Source: Felis catus
Taxonomy: Eukaryota
Assembly: GCF_018350175.1 (NCBI RefSeq)
Contig: NC_058368.1
Span: 181,600,001-181,664,000 of the forward strand
Length of the DNA: 64,000 bases
Reading direction: 5' to 3'
Under the pieces are notes generated by a model. That model was not told the origin of the DNA. It ran no database searches and worked only from the letters and a program-made list of their open reading frames with translations. Below, in pieces: positions 13,385 through 26,398 of the stretch; within the stretch, counting starts at the first letter, position 1, and every line of letters starts with the position of its first letter. A program made the position numbers and the translations under genes.

Positions 13385-13520
13385 CATTTGGGCGAGGTAC
13401 AACTAATATCCTCATTTTGCAGATGAGAAAACTGAGACAAAGAGACACCAAGTAATTGGCCCAGGTGATACAGTGAAAAGGCAGTGAAGCAGGATGTGAC
13501 CCAGGTGGCTCTTGGAATGG
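13385..13520 (-). mobile_element. MIR SINE
   Basis: 'atcctcattttgcagatgagaaaactgagacaaagaga..aagtaattggcccaggtgatacag'. Confidence 0.8.
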
Positions 13521-14572
13521 ATGCATGCATTATATATAGGAATAAAGCAAGGTGGAGTCCTCAGATTACTATACCGGCACAACCGATGATCAGAACTAGG
13601 CAAGTCCTTGTCAGTTCTTTCTACCTCTACATTCAAAAAGCCTTTCTTAAAATACTCTATCTTCAAGACCTTCTCCAGAATAAAGAGTGAAGGATGAGAG
13701 CTCTTTGAGAAAGGCTGGAAGAAGAAAAAGCAAAATACACAGAACTCTGTACTCCCTTGCTAGGCAACATCTGCTCCCTCCCTTCCCTTTCACTTGTGAT
13801 ATATTGGCACATAAGCAGCATTGATACTCATGAGAAAAATTACAGTCATCAAGGTTATCTCCCCAAGAAGCAACTCTCTTTCTTTATTAATATGCTTCAG
13901 ATTGTTGCAACACTACAAAGCCAAAAATAAGTTTTCTTTGATCAATAAATTGTAGGCTGAGAAAGAAAATACTAATTTTCCATTTCTTTGAGACCCAGCA
14001 CTAACATATAACAGAGCTTTCCAAAAGGGTTCTCAGAAATCTGATATAGAATTATCTGAAATTACACTCGACCATTCCTACAAGATCATTCTGTTCTCTG
14101 CCACTTTAGAGAGGTGTCTTCTGGACTTGGCGGGCATTTTTTTTAAATAAATCTTTGTGTAAAGATACATTTTTTTTTTATTCCAGTGTAAGCTTGGCAA
14201 AGAAAGCATAATACATTTCCAAGTCAATCCCTGAGAGAACGATTGTTGAACTCTCTCTCCCCTGTCAATTCTGGACTTCAAAACATGCCCCTTTCACCTC
14301 CAGAAGGAACTTCATTTTTAATCCAGTACAGAAGGAAATATCAAGCCTTGCCTTTCATGCAATAAAAATGTGTATAACAGCAAACAGCCTACAAAGTGGA
14401 TGGATGCTATGAATAAATATGAATAGTCATGATGAAATAACAGCAACTATGTTGGAGGCACATTTAATCATATATTGAATCAGAGAGGTGGTGTCAGAGA
14501 GTAGAAAAAGAAGTGGATGGACACTTAGTCCTAGGATTAGAGTTATAGTACTAGTTTGGCCAATCTTTGAAA

Positions 14573-14780
14573 ACAGCCGGGCTCAACTAGGGAAGATTTT
14601 TGTCCCCCAGGGGACATTTAGCAATGCTGGATACGTTTCTAGTGTCACAACTGGAGAACAGGGGGAGGGATGCTACTGGCATCTCAGGGGCAGAGGCCAG
14701 AGATGCTGCTAAACATCCTACAAGCCATGGGTGGCTCTCCACAATGAAGAATTATCTGGACCACTTTGGGAAAACCTGCT
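14573..14780. mobile_element. MER20 hAT-Charlie DNA transposon
   Basis: 'ttttgtcccccaggggacatttagcaatg..tgtcacaactgg..tgctactggcatctc..agaggccagagatgctgctaaacatcctacaa..gaattatctgg' matches MER20. Confidence 0.9.
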
Positions 14781-14999
14781 CTAAAATCAAATAGGATTAA
14801 ATGAGTTCCAAAGATTCTATCACCTTTGTGATTCTAAGAGGTAGGGTCCAAATACCAGGCCCATCCCTTTCTCATTTCCACCAACATCACAAATTTGGGT
14901 TTTCATCATGTTTCCTTCTTTGCTTTTATGTTTAGGGTCCTTAATCTCTGTGGAGGAAAAGTCACAGAGATAAACCTAAAAAAAGCAAGATGTTAACTG

Positions 15000-15125
15000 A
15001 TTCAGTGAATCACTCAACAGATCTTTATTGAGAACTTGCTGTGTTCGGATCATTTGGTGAGGCCCCGTGATACAGTTGTGAACAACTGATGCATCACTTA
15101 ACAGTATTCCTGAGTCCCAATCTAC
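15000..15125 (-). mobile_element. L2 3' end
   Basis: 'tcactcaacagatctttattgagaacttgctgtgt..gatacagttgtgaacaa'. Confidence 0.6.
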
Positions 15126-15469
15126 AATACCTTTAAAACAAGTTTCTGGATCCGGTGGGTTAAATTTTTCAGGTTCTATAAGCTGTATATTGAATAGTGA
15201 AGGCCAATTCACTATTACACATACTTAAAATAGTTATCAAATAAGACACTGTGGTGGTAAACCTTAAATTCTTAATAATTTCAAAGATAAGAGAGTCTAC
15301 TTGTTTCCACAGACACATGTTTTCATTTGGAATTAATTATAATAAAGTCTTACAAAGTCAGCTAATTGAAAGGCCAGACTTGAGAAAGAAATTTTTGAAT
15401 TATAAGATATCTAAAGGAATAGTTTTGCATTATTTTATATTCCCAAAGCATATTTTGTTAAAAAAAAAA

Positions 15470-15640
15470 AAAAGCTTCTACATGTACTATCTCACATCTT
15501 TAAATCCGTCCTGAAATAAGTGTATAATACTTTTTATTTTACCCATTCCATAGGTGATAAAACTGAGGTCCAGAGACAGAGTACCCTGAACCAATGCTGC
15601 CAGACAACTGGAGTGACGGGATGCCTTAATCAATCAGTAC
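15470..15640 (-). mobile_element. MIR SINE
   Basis: 'ttacccattccataggtgataaaactgaggtccagaga'. Confidence 0.65.
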
Positions 15641-15699
15641 TAATGATTTATACCTATGGTACGAAAGTATCGGCTCAAGCATATCTCTGTGGCAATCAC

Positions 15700-16158
15700 A
15701 GAAATTAAACACTCACATCTCCTCCTGCAGGTCCCTACATCACCGGCTATCTCTCTGGATCCACTACCACATTCACAAAGAGCCCTTGCTTCTTTCAGAA
15801 TGTTCCCTGCCAATGACTGCACAGGCTCACTCCTGTGGGATGAGACTCCTCCAGCAGATGACTTCGCCTCAAGTACTCTGTATCAACCTGTCCCAAGTTG
15901 ATCAAACTGGGTCAAACTTGGGATCAAACTGTCCCAAGCTTTCTTGGAACTGTGCAGTAGTCTGAGACTTTTTCTACTCAATCTGCCTTCCTTCTTCCCC
16001 TTCTTTCATAGGTGTCAGACCTACATTATGGTCTGAAACCTTCCCCTGCTACTCCTGCTTCCTCCCCTTTATCCTTCACAGATGTTCCCCTCAATAAATC
16101 TCCTGCATGAATAATCTCCATCTCAGCATCTGTCTCTCCAAGGATCTAAGCTAACACA
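15700..16158 (+). mobile_element. ERVL solo LTR (LTR16 family-like)
   Basis: 3' end 'ctcccctttatccttcacag..cccctcaataaatctcctgca..tctcagcatctgtctctccaaggatctaagctaacaca' and 'ggtgtcagacct' are typical of LTR16; 5' boundary uncertain. Confidence 0.8.
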
Positions 16159-16174
16159 GGCCTTTTCTGCTACA

Positions 16175-16390
16175 TACATGAACAAGCATTGTCAGAAGGC
16201 TTTCTGTGTGCCATGCCATTTGTTAACTGGTTTATAAGTATGTCACTTAATTTTCAAAACAATAATAATGTATTATTATTCCAAGTTTACAAATGAATAA
16301 CTTTCCTGAGTTCTCCCAGTGATTTACTGGCAAGGTTAGGCTTCAATCTAGGCAGTATGACACAGTAGACCCAAGTTCTCTTGACCACTG
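16175..16390 (-). mobile_element. MIR SINE (degenerate)
   Basis: 'tgtgtgccatgccatttgttaac..tattattattccaagtttacaaatga..ttcaatctaggcagtatgac'. Confidence 0.65.
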
Positions 16391-17702
16391 TTCCATCCCA
16401 TTTTTCCACACTTCCCCATCCCATTTTTATTTATTATAGGTAAACATTACTATTAAAGCATGTTTAATTCATTCCCTAATTAAAATTCTTTTTTCAACAT
16501 TGCCTGTGCTATTTTTTCTTGCACTATAATTTGTTTTCTATTTTTAAACTTATTTTTAGATTTCCAAATACATGAATGTGTTCTTATTCTAGCAGAGTCA
16601 AACAATACAGAGACAGAAATACTGTTTATAACCAATTAACTACTGACCATGGCTTTTGAAAAGGTAAATTTCAACAAGAAGTTCCCTATCTGAATTATTC
16701 TTCATTCCAAGAAAGTCAGGTGCAGTGATACCTGAACTTACAGTTTGAATCCTGTGTTCAGCTGTAAATAAATGGTGGGCCATGGGTGCCCTAAATTTTA
16801 AGAGAATCAAGGGGGAAATGCAGCCCTTATTAATAAAAATAAATACATATAACTGCAGTGAGGAGTCCATCGTATAAAGGAGATAAATGTCTATGTAGGT
16901 GTTCTCAGATTTTTTTTTTAAAGCCGAAGTGTAAGTTGCTCACCTCTCAGAAATCATTTTTATAGACTCTGCGACTAGCCCAGCCTCCTGAGTTAGACTC
17001 CCAGAACCAGTCCAGGTAGCCTGACTCCTTCAGTCTCCTTTCTGTGATCTCTCCTTTATTGTGCAAATTCAACTTTGGTCACCCACACACTCTTCTTTAA
17101 CAAAAGTTACTTATTTTTAAGCCTGTGATCTTGGATCTCAGCTTCAAGGTCTTCCTGGAGTTTAGCCGTATGACTTTGTTATTTGCAAATGCAGGTTGAC
17201 TCTTGTACTCTCACTTGATGCTAATGCCCTTTACTTCTCATTCAAAGTTTCAGACTATCTTCTCTCAGCAAACAGAGAAGCCACGGATAAGGCAGCATTC
17301 CCTTCTCCAGTGCCACATTTCAACTTGATCTTTTCACTCTTTCTGTCAAATTCAAATGTCACTCACTATTCATGTGCATGGGGAGGATTCTAATATACAC
17401 CTCTTTGGCTTCTTTCAAAATTGCTTCAATTTCTTCAAGTCAAAGTCCTTTTCAACCTTTGGAAATTATCTATGGAATCCATTAACATGACTTAGTGTAA
17501 AATACAGATGCTGTTGAGGGTTCAAGAGAAAATCGAGAAGGTAAAGTTAAAAAAAAAAGTAAATATTTAATTTAAAAAAGCAAAAATAAAATTAGAAACA
17601 TTTAGATGTCGAATTTTTTCATGAAGACTTTTAACTTATTTGAGTGACACCTCTGAATATTGGTTTGTTCCTTTTAGAGGTAAACTGTCATGGTAGAGGT
17701 CA

Positions 17703-17901
17703 ATTTTTTTTAATGTTTATTTATTTTTGAGAGATAGAGCAAACGAGAGAGGTACAGAGAAAGAATGGGGGTAGAGAATTTGAAGTGCGTTCTGTTCCAC
17801 GCTCACAGCAGAGAGCCCGATATAGGGCTTGAACTCACAAACTGTGATATCATGACTGAGCTAAAGTCAGACGCTTAACCAACTGACTCATCCAGGCGCC
17901 C
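17703..17901 (-). mobile_element. CAN-SINE
   Basis: T tail, 'gggcttgaactcacaaactgtgatatcatgactgagctaaagtcagacgcttaacc..ccaggcgccc'; gtcatggt on both flanks. Confidence 0.93.
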
Positions 17902-18604
17902 AGTCATGGTCAAATTTTAACACGTGTCTTTGCTAGCAAACATTAGTGATTATTTTCCTAATAATACAAATGGAAAGTTCAGTAAATTTAGCCCTCACAA
18001 CTTGGCAACTGAGTTTTAGATATAAGAATTTTCTAAATTAACTCCTGATTTTTTCCAAGTAAATAAAAATGGAACTGGGTCTACCCATTCCTTTGGAATG
18101 GAATGGGTCTACCATTGCCTTTGCAAAATTAACCTAATAATTTAAAATCATGTTTTTGAAGAGTCTTCCCATATTGATATGGGAAAAACTCAAAGTATTA
18201 AATGAATGAAAAGGGCAGAATCCTTTACTGGGTATATACTGTCAGCTCAAACTTGTCAATATGGATGGATGGAAAATAGAATTAAAAAGTTTGACAGAAA
18301 TATGAAATAAAATGGCCTTTCTGTGAACTGACGTGGCTCTTTCAGTGGTGGTTTAGGGAGGGGGAGAGTCATGAGGTTTAAAGATCGGGGATCATTTTCG
18401 GGGGCTAACAAAAGATACAGATCGTCATGCCCCTGGTCACATCCCTCTGAGGAGTAGAATGGGGATACAAGCTTGCTCAGATGTATCCTTTGTCTACACT
18501 GATTTTCAGAACTCTATGTCTCATAAAGCTTGTAAATAAAACTGGATAGTTGTCTATGAGTTTTATTCCCACCATCTTTCTGCTCATTCCCAGTTTTCCA
18601 GGAC

Positions 18605-18658
18605 CAGGTATAAGACAGTTAACCATGGTTATCTTTGGATGGGAAGGGGGAAAAAAAA

Positions 18659-18733
<75 letters not shown>

Positions 18734-18752
18734 CAAATATATATATACACAC

Positions 18753-18803
<51 letters not shown>

Positions 18804-18870
18804 CAAATATTCCATTATAAGTTTTATAAATTTTCAACAATGAGTATGTATTATTATTAAAATTAAAATG
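18605..18870 (+). mobile_element. Old L1 3' UTR fragment hosting a compound microsatellite
   Basis: 'gttaaccatggttatctttgg' and 'aaattttcaacaatgagtatgtatta' resemble L1M 3' ends. Confidence 0.5.
18651..18810. repeat. Compound microsatellite: poly(A), (TA)n, (CA)n with CCAAA spacers
   Basis: Directly visible. Confidence 0.97.
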
Positions 18871-21208
18871 TCATAAAGTAAGATAAAAGATGACATGAAT
18901 TTTACATTAGATTCAAGGAAGCTGACACTTCCTATATATTTAACTTCTTAAATGGGTCAATACTCTAAACCTTCATGGCAATCCTAGAGACGGACATGAA
19001 ATAATGGACCCTGCCACTGCCACTGCCTATGTATGTGAACACCTTTGTGACTCACCCTCTTCTTCTCCCAAATAATTGGATTATATACCATCAAGTTCCC
19101 ATCTTTGTTAATTCTCCATCCCAATTAAGCCTGAAGGTCCCTGATCAATATTTATCTTCCAGGCAATGCCATGTTTGCCTTGTTGTTTTCTACTCTCTTT
19201 GACTCTCATGCACCCTTACCTGAAACTGGGTATTTTGACAATTTATCTAATGCTGCTTCCAAACCCCTCGATGCACATCACTTTCAGAACATGATTTGGA
19301 GACCATGGAATTAAAATTCTTAAATTTATACTGTTTTCCAAACAGCAACATCTCTCTTTCTTCTACTCCTATTACCATGTGCTAATTTGACTATGTGCAT
19401 TTGGAAAGAGGCCATTGTCATGATGTTATATCAATTTGGCCCATATCTCTTGAAGCCACACCTCTGCTCTAATTGCTCCATTCATACTGTGAATTTCCCA
19501 ATCTTCCCTTAGGAAAGCTCCCTGGAATTTCAGAAGAGCAGCATGATGCCAGATTGTATAGATTGGAACATTTTCAATTCGTGAGATTCAACTGGCAATA
19601 TTAAAGAATTAATTATAATGAAAATGCACAGAAACAGAGTCTTCAGTGAATTCCATCTGGGAACAGTCTTTTCTTAGGCCTCATATAATGTTTTGAACCG
19701 ACTTAGCCTCCGATTTTCTCTTTGCTTCATGTAATGTGAACTATCGAATCTATGAGATATTGGACTTAAAATTTTGATAGAGGCTATCATCAGATTCCAA
19801 CTTCTTCTCAAAACAACTTACCCCCCCCCCCCCAAGATGTATCCACATTTCTAGCCTAAATTCTGAATGTACATGAACATTTTTTCCCCCAAGGACCTGA
19901 CTTCTATCTTAACTACTCTGAGATGTTATTACAGACACATAAAAGGACTCAATATGACTCAATAGGAAACTGCCAATGATTTACACATCTTTTATTGAGT
20001 TAAAACAGCTATTAATCTAAGTGGGACAATCTATTTCCATTTACCACAGTGAAGTGAGAAGGAGAAAGACTATGGTATTCTGCCCTGCCAAACAAAATTC
20101 TTTGCTGTTTACCTGAATGATTTTTTAGGTACATTGGCTCATCTCTCATGTTTAGAAACAATGATGAAGTTGTTGCCAGGAAAACAGCTTCTGTGTGTCA
20201 TATATGGATTATCCTCCTCCTTGCCCTGCAAGTTCACTGTCAATCATTTTAATGTCCCGGCCTAACATACATTTTGCAGTGTGTATTTTGGTGTCAACTC
20301 ACAATATGGCAGAATAAAGAAAAAAGTGACAAGGGAATTGATATCCAGTTCATGTCAAGGCATCCAAACATATGGCCAAGTGAACAAATCAATAAATCTA
20401 ATGCAGAAATAAGGGAACACATTACTTACATTAATAATTTGGATAAGGCATAATAAAGAGAACGAAAACAGTAACAAAGGACATGATACAGATAAGTTAA
20501 CTCAATAATTATATTGTACTAGTGAATAAAACATTCTCATAAAATTATCACACCTCATCCATTTAAATACATTATATTTGAGCATTAAGGTTTACTCAAA
20601 ATGCCTATGTCTTGTGATTTCTTGACATGAGAAAGAAACTAAAGTATCCAAATCTACATTTGTTGTTTGGAGTGCAGACTGGATATCCATGTTAATACTA
20701 ACAATAATAAACATGGATACAAAACATAGGCTAGATGACAACCCTGAGCTCAGAGAAAGGACTTAGGGAATCTTTTGTCCATACAAAACAGCTATGAACT
20801 CCTACTGGTTTTCTTAGTTCAGTAAGCCCTCACTCTCCACAACACTGATTTTTAAATGAGCTGATGACATGATGTCACTTTGGTTTCTTTTTGCTCTTTG
20901 AAACTTAATGAATATGCCAGATTTTTATGTTAATAATAATTATACCTAGAAAGTAAAGAGTTATACCTTGATACAGATTTTAACACAACTACTCACTCAT
21001 TAGTTAAAACTGGCATCTCTGATACCTTGCTCAAGGTCCAGTGTGTTGTATTTTTCTCTTCTGAGTTATCAAAGAACTACAGGACACAAATTAGTGATAC
21101 TGTTTATAAATGAGAACAGTACATATAATTATACCTAAATAAATCAAAATATAGGGGGGATGTTTGTAGAAACATTTCTGCAAAGTTATTTAAAATAATA
21201 TAATGCAC

Positions 21209-21396
21209 TTTTAAAATTAAATTTAATTTGTTTATTTGAAAGAGAGAGAGAGAGAGAGCAAGAAAGGGTCAGAGGGAGAGAGAATCTTAAGCTTAGCATG
21301 GAGCCCAATGTGGGGTTCCATCCCATGACCCTGCGATCATGACAGGAGCAAAATTAAGAATCAGGCACTCAACTAACCGAGCCATCCAGGTGCCAC
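21209..21396 (-). mobile_element. CAN-SINE (older subfamily)
   Basis: (GA)n, 'gcatggagcccaatgtgggg..gatcatgac..gagccatccaggtgcc'; TSD taaaataatataat. Confidence 0.92.
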
Positions 21397-22440
21397 ATAA
21401 AATAATATAATTCATTAAAACATTCTTTGAAAACATAAGTTCAGAATTTTTGTCAGCCAAATGCTTTGTTTGCTTCCATCTCCCCAAAGAAGGCTATTCA
21501 AGGTGTTACTCCTTTTGAGAGACAGAGAGAGTAAGAATATGAAAGAGAGAACTGAGAAAAATCATGCTAGGACAAAACAACCAATCAAAGGAAAGAATGC
21601 ATTTGCCTGTCACATTTCTGTCTTTCCTGCGATATTTCTTTTTCTTACAATGAATCCAAGTATACATTCTCAAATACAGGAAAACAGGTGCATGAGAAAT
21701 GCTTGTACACACATTTTCCTTTGAGTAGAGATACCTTACCTTTTTCTGAGCCTCTAAAAGCTTTAGTTAAAATCAAATAAGATAGTATAGTTTCAGCTCA
21801 TAAAAACCTAGATTTAAAAAGTGAAGATCCCAAGCAAGAGAAACATATTAAAGAATGTCCGAGGTAATGAAGCTGGTAAGTAGAACAGGTGGAGCCAAGA
21901 TCTTCTTCCAATTTATTCTGGAAACTTCATAGATTTGATGTACTGAACTGACCAGTCAATTAACCAGATAATCTAGAAATAGATATGTTGAAGGCCCACA
22001 GTATGTATGTTAGGTCATACTATAATTAAACTGAATGAATTCTAGAACTGATAAAGAATGAGCAGTAAACTCAAAGGGAAGGGGGTACTTTTCAAATTGA
22101 TTCTTTCATTTTCTACTATGGAGCCTCTCAAAATGGGACGGCTTTGATTGGTTAGTAACATGTACCTTGTTTTTTGTTTTTTTGTTTTGTTTTGTTTGTT
22201 TGTTTTCTTTATAGCCAAAAATGGATTTAGACTCTTGGTGCAAGGAATGTGCCTCAGGTCCTTTCACACTGCCACCTCCCCCCCTCCCCCTGCCTCGCCC
22301 CCAGTAAACATGATTAAAGATGAAAAAAGCAAGGAAAGACTGTTTTAGCTTTTCTGATGTATCAACTCTAAAATTTGGGATGCTTCAGATTTGTTGCCAG
22401 ATTCAGTGGTGGGAAACAGGAAATATAAAAATACTAGCCA

Positions 22441-22553
22441 GGGGCAGCTGGGTGGTTCAGTCAGTTAAGCATCTGACTCTTGACTTTGGCTAAGGGTCAT
22501 GGGATAGAGCTCTGTGTCAAGCTCTATAATGAGAGTAGAGGCTTTTTGAGATA

Positions 22554-22608
<55 letters not shown>

Positions 22609-22690
22609 ATTCTCCCTCTGCCCCTCTCCCTCCCCCATGCATCCTCTCTCCCTCAAATAAAAAAATTAATTAATTAATTAAAATAAATTA
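22441..22690 (+). mobile_element. CAN-SINE (diverged)
   Basis: ggggcagctgggtggttcagtcagttaagcatctgactcttga head, long (CT)n; ctagcca on both flanks. Confidence 0.92.
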
Positions 22691-24600
22691 CAAAAACTTC
22701 TAGCCACAGGGTAACTAGGCTGGATAACAAACTATCTCTCCTTCAGGGGACTTCAGCTTCCTCACCTCTACCCCTTGGTCCTGCCATGCAGTGGTTAGTT
22801 ATCCAGGTAAAATAAAAGAAGGTGGGAGACAAGTTAGAAAGTTCTTCTAATTCCAGAGTTTATAAAAATTCTTTATTCAAACTGCTCTGAAAGACAAGAA
22901 ATAAGATTTTTTCCCAACACTGAACAATGAAGGTATACTATATAGCCAATAAAACTAATAATCTGCCAGCCAAAAGACTTTTGTCTTCATTTCCTTTGCT
23001 CTAAGGCCCTAAGGAACTTACATGTGGTAGGGTTGGGAACGTAATAGTTACTAACATGTCCAGGGCAAAGTTTGGGAATGCTGGTACCAAAATTAAATAT
23101 TGAAAAACCAAAGAATGGACGTTCCACTCACTTTAACCATTCGGGTTAAAGTGAGATATTAATTGTATCTAAAGAGTTTAGAAGACTTAGATTGGGCAAA
23201 CCAACATTCTTAAGTAATACCTATTTTCTGTTGCTCAATGCTCAGGATTGTTCTTTATAGTTTTATTACAAAATGTCCACTTTTTTGGTTAATGTACACT
23301 AATATGGGGGAACAAATAATAGTTTCAAGAATCTTTTAAGCTGAGTCAAAATTACTGTTTCTTGGTGAACATTTCATTACTCTGCATCCATTTTATCAAA
23401 TGGGAGCTGTTTAGTTATAATTAGTTCTTGGGGGTTCTGTCCTCTTTACTTAAAAAAAAAAAAATTAAAAGCCTTTAAAAGTGTTCTATTTGCCCATAAG
23501 GTTTAGCTGTATTAAATAGATAGTGCCTTACCATTTTCTAATATACAGTAAAAATACCATAAAGTTTTGCTATTAGTTAAAAAGTCAAAAACTCAGCAAG
23601 AAGTCCAGTTTTTCCTCTGAACTATCCATTAATGAAGGTTTCGACGTTAATTGCCTTTTCATTAAAAATTCTTTAAAGCCCTTTCTTAACATTCCATACA
23701 AAATCAAATTAGCTACTAAGCTTTGGGACAATCTCTCTAATTCTGTTGTGGACTCCTCTGTTCATTATTTGGATTGGTAAGATTAAGGAACAAACGTGTG
23801 CCTTTCAGATACTCTAGAAGACTGATTTTAATTTTTTTTTTTTTTTTTGCATTATTACCAAGCTTCCTTATTCAAGCTTTCCCTGAAATGAGTCATATTA
23901 GGCAGAATCCTATTACCATGGACACTGATTAAAAAAAAAAAAAAAAAAAAAAAAGAAAAAGGAAAAAAAAAACCCTGCCATATAATGGAACTATACTCAT
24001 GCCCCCAAAATATTGCCTATGAAAACTGCTTTAGTTATTTGTTCTCACAAAGATGAGAGCCTACTATGTGGAAGGCACTAGTCACCAAGCACTCTTCTTG
24101 CTTCGACAGATGTTCATATCCTCATGTATGACTCAATTCTGCGAGTCCTTGGGCATGTTTCTGATTGAGCTACATATTTCTCTTCTAAAAATGGAGATAC
24201 TTACAGTATAACTTCATTGGATTACAAATGAGGCAACAGAAGTAGAGCACTTAGCACAGCGTAAGGCCCTGTGCTAACTATTGTAGGTAAGGCAAAGATA
24301 ATGCTTGCATCCAAAATGCCTATAGGCAAGTAGGAATGAAATTATGTGTAGCAATGTCTACAATGAAGGTAGAGAAAATGCTGGGTTTTAAGATATCCAG
24401 AAGGGGCACTAAAAGGCTTAAAAGAGAGAAGAGGATAAGGGTGAAAAGAGAACAGAAATAAATATTGATTGGATGCCTTCTGTAGGTCAAGTCTTCTGCT
24501 GGGTAGTTGTGAATAAATTCCCCATCAAAGAAGAGATTAGAGTTACTATTATTATTATTACCATATATTATTTATAGCATTTTATTACTGAAGTATATAT

Positions 24601-24683
24601 TTTCTTTTTTTATTTTTAAAAATGTTTATTTTGTGAGACAGAAAGAGAGTGAGCGAGTAGATGAGGGGCAGAGAGAGGAAGAA

Positions 24684-24734
<51 letters not shown>

Positions 24735-24861
24735 CAGCCAAGCAAGCTCCGCACTGTCAGTGCAGGGCCCTATGCAGAGCTCAATCTCACAAACCTTGAG
24801 ATCATGACCTGAGCCTAAATCAAAAGTCAGATGCTTAACCAACTGAGCCACCCAGGCACCC
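24601..24861 (-). mobile_element. CAN-SINE
   Basis: (GA)n, 'gagatcatgacctgagcc..cttaaccaactgagccacccaggcaccc'; TSD tgaagtata. Confidence 0.95.
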
Positions 24862-25094
24862 TTGAAGTATACGTTTCCATCCAAACAATTATAATGATTT
24901 TGTCAGATTCATATAAAAGCAATTTTTAAGTGTATAGCAAATTATTATATTAAAATAAATTTACGTTATCCATGAAAGCCTGACAAGCATCACCAATGAG
25001 AACGGGGTAACTTAAAGATGAATCACACTTGAACACTTCCTAATGGGTGTAGTTTATGGACTGTGGAGATAAATAAGGATTAGATCTTGTTCTA

Positions 25095-25260
25095 CAGGGG
25101 GAAATTAATTTCACCTCTCCAGCTTCAGGTTCTTCACTGGTAAAGAGGAATGTTAATACTATGTCTCCAGTTTTCTCCAAGTTTTTTTTAATTAACTGAG
25201 ATAACTCATGAACATCTTAAGCCTGAGCCTGGCACATTCTCAGGAACTGTTACCTAGTAA
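25095..25260 (+). mobile_element. MIR SINE (degenerate)
   Basis: 'cacctctccagcttcaggttcttcactggtaaa..aactgagataac..gcctggcaca'. Confidence 0.6.
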
Positions 25261-25394
25261 AACTGAGAGGAACATCAGGGAGTTGGGCCTTCAAATTTAA
25301 CTTTCATTCGACACATTACTTTGAATATTAATTGACATTCTCAAAGGCATTTAATTCATATGTCATAGCAATTATAAAAACAAATACAACAACA

Positions 25395-26150
25395 TCCCAA
25401 ATTTTCAATCCTCCTTCCAGCCTCTCTCAGACACAGGATCCATATTTACAACACATCTGTCTGTTGATCCTCCAGACATACCCCATGTATTCAAAACCAA
25501 ATCTACCTGTTTCACCCACATCAATTTATCGTTTTGCTTTTGTTTTGTTTGCATTCTCTATATCAATGGCTTCTTTTCCCATGCAGCTTTGCAGTTATTC
25601 CCAAATTCTCCCATACCCTGTCTACCACACATGTCCTCTCCTTGAAGAGACCTGAAAAATGTCTCTTAAATCTCTCTCCCACTTTCTTCATCTCTTTTGC
25701 CACAGCCCCAGTCAGGCTTTCACTGTCTCTCACCAGGAGTATAGCAGTGATAGACCAACACACTCTCTGCCCACTGGATTCTTCCCTGCCCTAATCCCTT
25801 TCACATGATCAAAGCTAATTTTCTAAAATAGAAGTTGAGTCATGTCAGCCACCTGATTCAAACATTTTCAGTAGCTTCTTTGTAACCCTAGAATTAAGTC
25901 AAAATTCCTTAGCATGTAAGGTACTTTATGACTCCAAATTACTGTTCTAGCCTCATTTTCCAGTAAATTAAGCCTTCTCCCTAGCAATACAGGTTATTGT
26001 CAATATACCCAACATGTCACCTACATTTATCATTTCCATGCGATTTCTATCTTCTTATTTCCTTATTTTTCAGGATATAGTTCAGGACAGTCCCTCTCAC
26101 CCAGCAGTAGAGACTGGTCCCTCTTTTGAGTCCATCACTATACAACCCTC
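25395..26150 (+). mobile_element. L2 LINE fragment
   Basis: Pyrimidine-rich; 'ttttctaaaatagaagttgagtcatgtca..aacattttcagtagcttc..agaattaagtcaaaattccttagcatg'. Confidence 0.7.
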
Positions 26151-26358
26151 TGAAATTTAGCTTACTTGTCCACAAAATGGAAATAAATGAGTCCCACCCA
26201 GAAAAAAGAACAGTTTGAACAATGTTTATTTAATACTGAAAAACTATAAATCAATATAGAAATAGTGCCAGGCATAGAACCAAGAACTTTATAGACATTA
26301 TCTCATCCAATCCTTTAAGATTAAGCAGATACCACAAGTAAGGAAGTATATTCTCATT

Positions 26359-26361
<3 letters not shown>

Positions 26362-26395
<34 letters not shown>
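26362..26395. repeat. (CA)n microsatellite
   Basis: Directly visible. Confidence 0.97.

Positions 26396-26398
<3 letters not shown>

Noticed and set aside
17504..17540. Possible + strand micro-exon cag|ATGCTG..GAGAAG|gtaaag
   Set aside because: No polypyrimidine tract and no supporting neighbouring exons
18477..18860. Overlapping ORFs on both strands (YIYI/THTH)
   Set aside because: Microsatellite lacking stop codons
20129..20252. Acceptor-like ttttttag followed by a short open frame (YIGSSLMFRNNDEVVARK..)
   Set aside because: No recognisable protein and no partner exon; chance level
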